A stretch of 64,000 bases of DNA from Tubiluchus corallicola (taxonomy: Eukaryota; Animalia; Priapulida). The DNA lies in NCBI GenBank assembly GCA_030141605.1, contig JAQGDQ010001059.1, positions 1 through 64,000 of the forward strand, given 5' to 3'. The stretch's first letter is position 1; each line of letters begins with the position of its first letter. The notes under the pieces are model-generated. The model was not told the origin of the DNA and did not search any database. It saw nothing but the letters and a program-made list of their open reading frames with translations. Positions 11,284-23,100 of this stretch are shown here, in pieces. A program made the translations under genes and the position numbers.

Positions 11284-14200
11284 CTTTATTTAATGTCGGC
11301 TTTTGGGTCAACAATTAACATTAGCTCAAAGAGCTATTATCGCCGACTGTAAATTTCAACCTACAACTACATAACAGAGACTATTATTACCCCACTTATA
11401 CCCTAGATACCGCGCATCAGGCAGGGCAACAGCAGGTACCATTTTTAAAGTCTTTGGTATGACTCGGCCGCTGGTTCGAACTCACGACCTCCCAGACGGA
11501 AAGCAGACGCATTACCACTAGACTAAACTGTCTGGTTAATTAACAGTCTACATAATAATACAGTAGAATTGTTTACTTGCCCATTATTCCAACTTACTGG
11601 TACTGGCACACCGACAATCCTGATTACAATGGAATTGAGGTCATATCTCCTCTGACAAAACTACAATTTATTATAATTTGCAAGTATTATGTTTAATGTT
11701 TCAAAAACTTGTTTTAATTTTGCAAATATCGGAACATCTCCTCCCTTCTTGTTAGAATTGCACTTATCCACCTGGGTCTAATGTTGACATTATACTGAAA
11801 AGTTAAATAAACTTATTTGAATAATCCAACATTCATACTTTTGTTAATTGTTACTGGGGGGCCGGAACGTCACAGTACCTGTAGCGCAGGGGCCTACAAA
11901 ACCCGGCCCTGGGAAAGATGGACAAGTTTATGCGTCCCGCTGAGGAAGAGTTTTATTGTTTGCATTTGTTTTAGGACAATCTCACAGGAAGGTCAGCATT
12001 CCCCGACTCGTGAACCAACCAGTGTGGTAATGACATCTCAGGGGGTGATATCCCCCGTCTGTGCCGGGAAGCTTCCCGAAGCGCGAGCCCCCGTTGGCTC
12101 TGTGCCCGTCCAGGCAGTCGTTCAGGGGTCGGCGGCCGAAGAGAACGCAGCTGAAGTCAAGTCCAAGAGACCCGTTAAGATGACCCCAAAGATGGTCGCC
12201 CTGGCTAAGAAGATATCCCAGCGTGCACCGGCAACAAAGACTCCTTCTAAAGTCTTGAAGAAGAAGTTGGTTGCCAAGCCAAAACGGGCGTCCACGCCCA
12301 AGGCGGCCTTGGCAGTGGCCGCAAAAGCAGCAAAGATACAGAAGCCGGCGGCCGTGGCCGTAGCCTCGAGGAAGTCCAAGTTGGCCATATTTTTGCCCAG
12401 AGCCAAAGCCGTCAAGGCCAAAGAGGAGTTGAAGAAGGTCAAGAAGGTGCGGCGACCTTCGAAGGGAAAACCGCAGCGAACGACGCTGATAGTGGAGACG
12501 GAAAAAGAGGAGACCACGGTTGCCGTGGAAACGCACGAACCGGTCGCGAAACGCGAAGGCAGAACCCGAACCGCGGAAAAAGAAAAAAGAAAAAGCGGCA
12601 AGGAAAGTCGAGAAGCCCGTATTGCGGCGCATCTGGAAGCCGAATTTGACAGAGGTGATTCGGCCGTGACGGCCAGGAAAGAGAAGGACAGACGACAGGC
12701 ATCGTATACAGAATCCATCGACTTGACCTTGAAGACGTTGAGGACGGACCTCGGTAAAGGTTTGGACGAAGGAGACACTAGCACCGAATTTGAGAAAGAC
12801 AAAAACTTGGCGAGTTCTGACGGTGGCAAAAGGACGTCCGATGGCTCTAGCGTGGACGACTCGATCGAGGAAGTCTTACGCCAGATGAAACAGCAGAAGG
12901 AACAGAGCCCGGAACCTTTTGATGAACCAGAGGCTGCCTCTTCTGTAAAAAAGGAGGAAGGAGAGGCGGAAAATTCCCTGAAAGAGAAAATGAAACAAAA
13001 AATATTCAAAGGAAGGAAGATTAGAGGATCTCCTCGTGTAGAAGAGGTGACCAGAGCACAAGTTTCTCCTCTGCATGTCAAGACAGAAAAGGCATCTGAT
13101 GAAGAGCCGTTTCCTTCACCACCCACCAGACAGCAGCACCCACCATTCATGTTTCCGGGTAACCCGTACTTGCACATGCATCCTGGCATGATTTCACCTT
13201 TTTCCGTTTATCCACAATTTCCGGCCCGCTTTCCGGTGCCTCCCGCATTCGGTCAGCTGCCCATCGGTCAGAACCTTCCGCCGCTTCCCGCTCACCTTCC
13301 CATGATTCCTCCGGAACTTCGGACGGTGGGATTTCCTCCCTTTATGTTTCCGCCTCCTCCCGCTCACATGCATCCTCACAGTCAACTGGCGGCGTTTCCT
13401 CCGCCCGCTAGGCTGTCTCAGTCGCCAACGGGGATGGTCAAACACGAGGAGGCGCCGAGAGAGGATTCGAGAAGCGAAAGCGAAGGAAGGGAAAACGACA
13501 TCGATGTTATAACAGTCAAACAGGTAAGAGTACAGAACCCAGGGGCATTGCTAGGATTGGTGTCACTTGTTGCAGCACCCCTGCACCCCCCTAGTGATGC
13601 CACTGAGAGAACCACAGCCTCTTGTCAGTAACAATAGTACAGAACCCAGGGGCATTGCTAGGATCGGTGTCACTTGTTGCGGCACACCTGCACCCCCCTA
13701 GCGATGCCACTGACAGAACCACAAGCCTCTTGTCAGTAACAATAGTACAGAACCCAGGGGCATTGCTAGGATTGGTGTCACTTGTTGCAGCACCCCTGCA
13801 CCCCCCTAGCGATGCCACTGACAGAACCACAGCCTCTTGTCAGTAATAACAGTACAGAACCCAGGGGCATTGCTAGGATTGGTGTCACTTGTTGCAGTGT
13901 CACCCCTGCACCCCCCTAGCGATGCCACTGACAGAACCACAAGCCTCTTGTCAGTAACAACAGTAGAGAACCCAGGGGCATTGCTAGGATTGGTGTCACT
14001 TGTTGCGGCACCCGTGCACCCCCCTGGCGATGCCTCTTGTCAGTAACAACAGTGAGAGTTTGTAGAAATAATTTGTAGTACTTTTAAAGGAAAACAGGAC
14101 GATTGTGTAAACATTAGTTCAGAATAAAGTATGCTCTAAAATATTGAAAACTACAATAGCTTTTTTTTAAATCAGAGCTTAGATTAAGTAACACTTACCT

Positions 14201-17200
14201 CCGATAATTAAATTTCGTTAAACTTTCAAACCTGTTTTTTGTATTTTTCATTATCACATTCTTTCTTCGGGTTTTCCTCGAAATTTTTGAATTCATCAAT
14301 TTTTCGTTGTAGGAAAAGAAAGAGAAGGACAAAGAGCAACTTCGCAAGGAAAAGAAAGAGAGGAAAAAGGAGAAAGAGGCGAGGAAGGAGCAGAAGAAGA
14401 AGGAAAAAGAACGGAAAAAAGCGGAACAGCGGGTATGATGTATTTGTCCTTATTACTTGAAGTGTTTTAGGAAGCATAATTTAAGTACAGTTAGCTCTTA
14501 AATGGAGTTGGATAGAGTGCTTGTTATTTTTTAAATAAAATGTGTTTTTTGTTTGCCTGTCTGTCTGTCTGTTTGTTTGCATGTTTGTCTGTCTGTTTGC
14601 GTGTTTGTCTGTCTGTTTGTATGTTTGTTTGTCCGTCTGTCTGTTTGTTTGTATGTTTGTTTGACTGTTAATTTGTTTGATTTCTTATCGCTACTTAGTT
14701 AGTGGTTTCTCTTTCCTTACTCTTGAAGCCCAACGCAGTTGGTGGTTAGACGCTGCATTGAGACAATGTTGCCTAGATACTCGTTACTATAGCAACGCGT
14801 TGTAGGCAAAATTCCTTTGCATAAAGACTTACTTTGCACCCGGGTGCCTGGAGGCGTATAAAAAACAAAGAAATTCATGATCATTACTTGGGCAAAAGAA
14901 TTCAAAATAAGGTAATTAATTTGATCGGTGATGCCGCCTTGAAAAAAATTATAAATAATGTTCAAAATTGGAAATATTATTCCATCATCTTGGACTGCAC
15001 ACCTGATGCTGGTCACCAACTGGTCACCAAGAGCAAATGACTATGATTATGCAAATATGCAACATTCTGAGTACGCCAGTATGGCTGTCGACGACAGCAC
15101 TGGTTTAGTACTGAATTTTGAACGTTATTTATAATTTTTTTCAAGGCGGCATCTCCGATCACATTAATTACCTCAATTTGAATTCTTTTGCCCGAGTAAT
15201 GATCATGAATTTCTTTGTTTTTTATACGTTGTATACTGTTTTTAGCAGTCGTTTGGGAAGTACAAACGTAAATTATTGTACTATTTTGCTTTACTAGTGC
15301 ATTTTTCAGTAGAATAATGCAAAAATTACTGCTTTTATGTCTCAAATTATGTAAAAAAAAGTTGTCGATTTGGCGAAAGTAAAAAAATTGTCGTTAAAAT
15401 GAAACGTGTGTCATTTATTATGTGGAAAAAGGTGTGGAATGTTCAGCGTCATTAAAACGAAACGTCCTCTAACTGGGAGTCGTTAAGCGAGGACTCACTG
15501 TATTTGAATATTGATCACGAATTTTAAAAAATGTTTATAAAATATATAAAAAAGGATTATTTGAAAGGACGTTTCACTAGAGTTTTTGTTTTGATATTAC
15601 AGATGAGAGAAGAGAGCCCTACCCCTTTGTTGATGCCCAAATTAAAGATCAAGTTTGGAGGTGGAGGAGCGGGCGGCTCCGAGTCTCGCAAATTGTGAGT
15701 AGAACTCCGTTTGTAACATGTTTGAAAATGGTGCGTAAAGGTCAGTGAACACATCTATCTGCTCTCAAGAGTGTGAACTGTCTCTAAGTAAATAGTGTGA
15801 ACCGCAAATGATGGGAGTTAAAGGACCAGAAAATGGCCAACCAAACTAAACCTCAGAAAATTCGCAATAAAAATTCTATCACCTAAGTATGATCTTAAGC
15901 GAATAAAGTACTCACGTTTTCCCATTTACTCCAATTTTTGTAAAATACGTCAGCCGCTGCAGTAAACGTTGGCGCAGACATGTTTCATTTAGTCCGCCAA
16001 TTGAAAAGCCAGCACGTGACTGATCACGTGGCAGGACGTCACTCGACACAGTCGCAGTGAGTTCTGAGCACGTGTACTATAAAGATTTGCGTTGTGGTTC
16101 TGTGACGCCATCTAATATGGCGCCGCAGTGACAGTCTCGCGGGAGGATTTAAAATGAAAACAAACAGGAAATTCTTTTAACGTGAGAATGATAAACGCTT
16201 AAGATTGCTTCTAACCGTTATAATTCTTTAGTGAAAATTTTCTGAGACTTGCTTTAACTAGGCATATTCTTTTGTTGTTTTGGAAAGTTTGTGGAATGAT
16301 ATTTTGATATTCTGTAACAAGTTCTGCTTAACCCAGGGGTGTGCAAATTATCTGACTAGCCGGTCCACATTAAACTTTCCCGCAATTCCTGTGGGCCACA
16401 GGCAGTTTGATCAAAGAGTCAAGTACAGAAAGGCCTAATAACGACTTTTTTGCATCCGACCTGCGTACATCATTACTACTCCACTCAAGAAACGATTTTA
16501 GAAGTTATTAAAATTTATATTACAAACCATATATTTCTACTTTCAGGACAGATAGTGGTAATTTCATTACAATGCATATTAGTAATGTGTATCACACAGT
16601 CTGTGTAGTACAGTGACATTAAGCTACAACCGTCTTGTAAGGGTTAATGGCATCCGATCTAGTAGAAAAAAACTACCTGCACTATCTTTGGGATCGTGGC
16701 ACGGACTTCAGCTGGATACACTCAATTAATCGCCCGGGCCGCACTTTCGTTAGGTTGACAAATCTCTTCGCGGGCGGCACAAATTCTCTCGGCGGGCCGC
16801 AATTTGCACACCCCTGACCTACACATTCCTATATATTTAGCAATATTCGTTTTAACATTAAATCAAACATTTATTGTTATGCGGCATTCAACAAAATTCA
16901 GTTGAAACATCTATATGCACAATATACACGTTTATGTGCACACAGTTCAAACAGGTCCTCTTTACTCAGAGCGCTACTTTTCCTCAAGACGAATGACGTC
17001 ATTAGTGGAAGAATGCGCATCGAAAATGGCAGCGCCCAAGCATGAAGTGATCGCGACTTTAAAGTGATTTTGCTAGTGACACGAGGTGCTTATTGCAGTT
17101 TCATTAGTAAACAAATAAGCAAGCTCATAGAATGCACGAGACGTGTCCAGTGTGGTCTGTTTCAATGGTTTATTAAGCCACTTCTACTGTAATTTAGAAT

Positions 17201-20055
17201 GTTTGTGCTAGCCGGTAAAATGTCGCTGACTCGCCTTCGCAGTGTGTAAGAAAAAATATCGTATCTTTGCAACATTTGAAATCATTTTTAGCATGCAGTA
17301 ATTTGATCGTTTGCAGTTTTAGCAGTAAAAGGAAAAAACGTGTTGAATTGAATGGAGTTTGTGTTGCATTGAGTAGGAAAACTGCCTCCCGATGTATTTA
17401 GCCGTTTTTACAGCTTAGCTTTTACTTGGCACGTTGCCAACTAATTTTGCCATGTTTCAGTAGCGTTGTCAAGGAGATTCTACCGGATTCCGGAGATAAA
17501 GATGAGGATGCGAAACAGATGCCGAAATCATCGCCTCCACGTTCGCCGTCTCCTCTTTCTTCACCTGAGCCATCCAGTTTTAAAAAAGTGTCGCCGTTGC
17601 CGCCGCTACAGATTCCGCCCTCCCTACCGTCTCCTGTCCAGAGTCCACGAACCCGACGGGCTTCCAAACGGGATTCTCTCGACACCAGTCCTCCTCCTCC
17701 ACCCCCTAAACCTCTCGCGTCACCCAAGGTGCCTCCGTTGAAAATGAAAGCTCCGAAGATGCTGTCGTCGCCTCCGCCCACGAAAGCCGCAATGAAGGCC
17801 ACCGTCAGTCCGAAGAAGCCAATCGGTCGACCACCGGGCTCCGGATCTCGTGGAGGTTTGTTCAGGGGTGCCGCCGGCCGAGGGCGCGGTCGGGGCACAG
17901 CAACGAGGGGTGCCGTCGGAAGAGGCGCGGCTCCGAAGACGCCCACCCGTGCTGTCATATCGGAGACTGAAGGAACTATTGTGGTATAATTATTGATTTT
18001 TTGTGTGTGGCATCTTATCATACTGTAATGTGTCATCGTATCATGTTGTATCGTTTGTTTTATCTCTGAATTACTTACATATTTAAAACTTCTACAGTCT
18101 AGCCTCGTTATCTCGCCCCTCGTTATGCCGCCAAACTCATCTCTCGCCATAGAAAGTACCAGCACGGATTTCCTGCTTTGATATTTACCTCGTTAAGTCG
18201 CCACCCTCGCTTCTCGCCCTCGCCACGTCATGCTAGGATGAGTGCTTATGTAAACTATATTCGTTATGTCACCAAACAGACAAACTCAGAGGTGAATCGA
18301 TCAATACATATACCGCGTGTCGATCAATATAACCGCGGTATGTAGACAATGCTGCTGTACTCGATAGACAGACATAATTAATCTAGTGTGTGTCTCACCA
18401 GGATTAGATTAGGAGTGCTGTGGTTGGTTAATGCGCAGAGAAACTAAAGCGTCACCGATATCCTTACTCTATAACACCAAAGCTGCATTTAAGTTTGAGT
18501 TTCCACAAAGTGTGAGCAACTTTACATGATGTCTCTGAAGCGAAAACTGTTTTGTCTTTGTATATAGAGGAACACTATGTTAATCAACTATTATGTACAG
18601 TATGTATATACATATAGACTGACTTCGTTATATTCCCGTTATCTCGCCATACTCGCCTCTCGCCAAAAATTTGACCTAGACAGACAGTGGCGAGATAACG
18701 AGACTAGGCTGTAGGTGTCCCCTACACATGTGTTATGTGTGGCTAGTTTTTCGTTTTCCCGTTTAATTAACGAATCAAAATTATTGCTACTTCTTAACGT
18801 ATGTCGATTTTTTTATAATATTACAGTCCTAAACTTACCATAGTAATCTTGTTGTTTTAAATTAATAAGCCTTTTCTACAGTTCCAGTGATTGATGATGA
18901 TCGTGAAAAGGTCAAAGGTTAAGTGTACCATACAACACATTTGTGTACACTTGACAACGCCTCGCAGTCCATGCTGCTGCAATAGTAACCGTTTTAACAA
19001 CTAAATATAACCTCACCTAGTTTATTTTTTCTTGTTCCCAAGTTAGATCCTGCTAGTAAATGATTCTACACTTAGACTAATGTATAATTAAGTGAAGTCC
19101 ACGTAAAACAACCGAATTTACTGAACCGATGCGGCAGACAGCTTTAACCACACGTCACGCGCTCATTGCAGTTAAGATGCGACGAGGTGGAGCACTTAAC
19201 TTTTGACCTGCAGCAACTGCGCATGCGCACGACGAATCTGCGAAAATGTTTATTTTAGGGATTCCAAAGATAAGCAAGCACAGTTTATGAATTAAACTAA
19301 ACATTTTATCAACTTTGTCTTCTAGGAAATTTGATTATTTTTTGTCGTAGAGTTATCGTGTCAATAACCCTTTTTTATTGTTTTGGCCGTATCATTTTAT
19401 TTCATTTCTTTTTGTTATTATTCTTATTTTTTGTTTTGCTTTGTTTTGTATCTGTTGCTTTACGGTTGCGACCAGAGTTCTTTACCTGGTCATTGTACAT
19501 CGATGCCCGCTGGTCAGTTTGGACGAGGAGAGAGTAGTTTTTCCGGTAATGGTTGTGAACTGAAATTAGTTATCAAGAGATGTAGGAAAGGTTGGAGGTG
19601 ATGTTGCACAAAATTACAGTTGAATTAAATGGTTGAGTTATGGAGTCTGTACGGCTGCTGCTTGCTTTGCTTTCAATTGTGAAATTTTGTTTGTTTTTGT
19701 TTGAAGTAAAGTTATTTTTCCGTTGGAATTTTCCTATATTAACCATCTACTTTTCAGATAACTATTCAACAAGCTCAACTTCGCATGTTGGTCTTGTTTT
19801 TCTTTTAAGTTTAAATTCCATTTTAAATTTATTCAATTATAATTGAAAGAAATACGTTTGTGCCAACTAATAAACAATAATAAACTAATAAAAAATTATT
19901 AGTTCTTGTTGTGGAGATCGCTGGCATCTATTAGAATTAAATAGAACATTGTAGAATGTTCCGTTAAAATAATCGTCTTACCGTGTAGAATGTTCTGGAA
20001 GAAACATCTAGAAGCTTCTCGGGCACCCTATATAAGGCGAAGCAGGCTGCTGAAG

Positions 20056-20110
<55 letters not shown>

Positions 20111-23100
20111 GCCACTTACACATTCTCTTGTATACTTGTATTTTCAGATACACTTAAACATTTTCCAAATTTTCACGTTTACTGTAAACATTTTGCGTTC
20201 CTTCATACTTTTGTGTTGTAGAATTCTCGCTTAATAAACTAGTTTAATTCGACCAAGTGTTTTCTGGTTTTCTCTACGAGCCTTCCGAGAGAAACAAAAC
20301 ACAACAGTTATCAATTACTATTATTTATTATTTATTAGTTGGTACAAATGTGTTACTATCATTTGGCATGCTTCGTAATAACTTCTGTTTCTTTTAACTT
20401 CTTTTGCGAGTTTCGTTTCATTATTTTTTGTTTTTCTTTCTTTACCGTTAACGAATTAAGTTAAATTAGTGAATAGGGGTGAGCATCGAACGTTCGAATT
20501 CGATTCGAACGAGTTTTTTAATTCGAATTCGATTCAAACCTAAAACTATAGATTCGAATAATTCAGCACTTCAATCGCACATGTTCTTTATCATTAAAAC
20601 GATTGAAACATCGTGCAATTAGCATAATTTAGCTGTGATTTCTGCGCACAATTTTAAACAAATTACTAGTCGTTTTATTACAGAACAAAATCTAGTGATA
20701 TGCATGATCTTTGTAAGACTAATTTTTACTGGTGGTTCGATAACTTGTTGGAAAATGTTTCTATCTCAATTCGAATTCGGTTCGAATTCGAAACACTGAA
20801 GTTCGGTTCGATTCGAATTCAAAAGTCACAAATTCGGTTCGATTCGAATTCGCTTTCTGGTAGAGAATGCTCATGTCTACCAATGAACAGTGTAAATTTT
20901 ATTTGTCTTTCCTCCATTTATGATTTCTCACTTTATTTCAGTTTGTTTTATTGCCGACTTGTGCTAAGTTTCTTTATTGAGTCCATATTTTTTGTTTTTG
21001 AACCCGACATTTCACGAGTCCTTTTTCCTTATGTTGGCAGTTCTTACTGTGAGGAAATTACTGCCTAGTGTTATAAAAATGCATGTGCAACTGCCCAACT
21101 GCTAAGCAGAACTGTGATTTCACTAATGGAATCTTATTTTTTCAAGCAAAAACCCCAAAATTTTTTTAAAAACAAGAAGAGGCGAATTTTTGAAATGCTA
21201 TCTTGTAGAAGCTCCATTTTCGCGTACTAAACGTAAACCCTTTTGGAAACTGCTGGGGAGAATTGTTTGTTTTCAGGGAAAACTAATGATACGTTACGTC
21301 ACGACGCCATCTACCTTTTGAATTCTTCTAGCTTCTCCAGACATCTTGATTTTTGTTCAACCTTTAAACGTTTTCCTTGCGTGACATTTTACGTCGTAAT
21401 TTTTGCATTTTTGACAAAGTGGTAGTCTGTAGTATGTACAACAGGGATGAGAATTTTCCGTGGATACGCGTAATTCCGAGTATTTGGAAGACCAGTAGTG
21501 CCATTGTTGTAAATCGCGTAAATTCGTTGAGAAAATTTTTACGGACCCAGTACATTATTTCACAAACTGACCGCTAGTTGGCAGGCCGTCACTTTGTTTA
21601 CATCACGTACATCAGGGTAACCACGTGTATATCTCTATGTATAAAAATATAGAATCAATTGTGCGGAGTTATTTGAGTCAATTGCAGACAGTTTTTATAT
21701 ACTTTTGCATAGGAGCGGCCAGTACTTAGGCGTTTTTGAGACAATTAGGTATCATGTATCCTTGATAGTTGGGTATTTTAAATTATGCATGAAACAAGGT
21801 AATTGATATTTGAAGTCCACTTAGAGGCTCTCTATGGTCACAAAATTGCAATTTGTTTCTGGCTCCAAGGGGGTCTCGCCACCTTTAACCCCCACGGGGG
21901 CTTTGCCTCTCAACTACTCCATTGGGGACCTAGATGGCTCCCAAACCCCCGGCCTGTTTCAGAGTTTTTTGCTATTTGTCATTCTCATTCTTGACGTACA
22001 ATTTTGCTTGTGTTTGCACAACTGTAAAATACTCGTTTTTATATCGTAGGACGATCACGGGCAAAAAATCTGGATCTGTCCGGCGTGCAAAATGCAAGAC
22101 GACGGCTCACCGATGATTGGCTGCGACCGTTGCGATGACTGGTACCACTGGTATGTAAGCTGTTCGATAATAATACTAACTAGCAAAGGCCCCGCAAAAA
22201 ATTTTGCGTTTAGATACACTTATAATCAACAATGCGCGAACATTCTACCTAGTCCTCATTTACAACGCAAAGCCAGCAGCAGCTTTTACTGAATTAAAGC
22301 TATAAGGTTATTGACAGAGTATAATGGATGATGTCAGAACAATGGCTTTGCGTCAGCAGTTTTCCAAGCGAAAATTGCCAAAAATAGAACATCTAATTAA
22401 CTCGTCGTCACTCCTTTTGGTGGACGTGTCCTGAAATATAGCTCACATCATCCTGTGGCCTTGTTCTTGCTCTTTCTAAGGAGCTGTATATCTCCTTCAG
22501 AGAGTCCCAGGAGGCACCGCTAGAACATTTTTTCCGCATGCTGTTTGGTCAAAATTTCGAAAAAATGGCACGACACTAGATTGAGACCTTTCGTTTGATG
22601 TATAGATCGCTGCAAATGGTGCCGTCGTCGAAGCTGTAGCCACGAATCTTATATATATATATTAAGCCCATACCAGTAGGATTAATATATACGATAACTG
22701 TGTTTGTTTAGCTACCACTGCTGTGACCAGACGTTTTTCTTAACATCCCTCCGTTGTGTTGTGTTTCTCTCGGAAGGCTCGTAGAGAAAACCAGAAAACA
22801 CTTCGTCAAATTAAACTAGTTTATTAAGCGAGAATTCTACAACACAAAAGTATGAAGGAACGCGAAATGATTACAGTAAACGTGAAAATCTGGAAAACGT
22901 TTGAGTGTATCTGAAAATACAAGTATACAAGAGAATGTGTAAGTGGCGTTCGTGTGAATCTGTGTGTGTGTGTCTCAGCGGTCTGCTTCGCCTTATATAG
23001 CGTGCCCGAGAAGCTTCTACAAGTTTCTTTTAGAACATTCTACAAAGTAAGACGATTATTCTAACGGAACATTCTACAATGTTCTATGTAATTCTAATAG

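Noticed and set aside
11982-13445. Long minus-strand ORFs (216 and 355 aa), and similar ORFs opposite other large exons (17422-18165, 30624-31591, 56886-57500)
   Set aside because: These are antisense shadows of genuine coding exons with no domain features.
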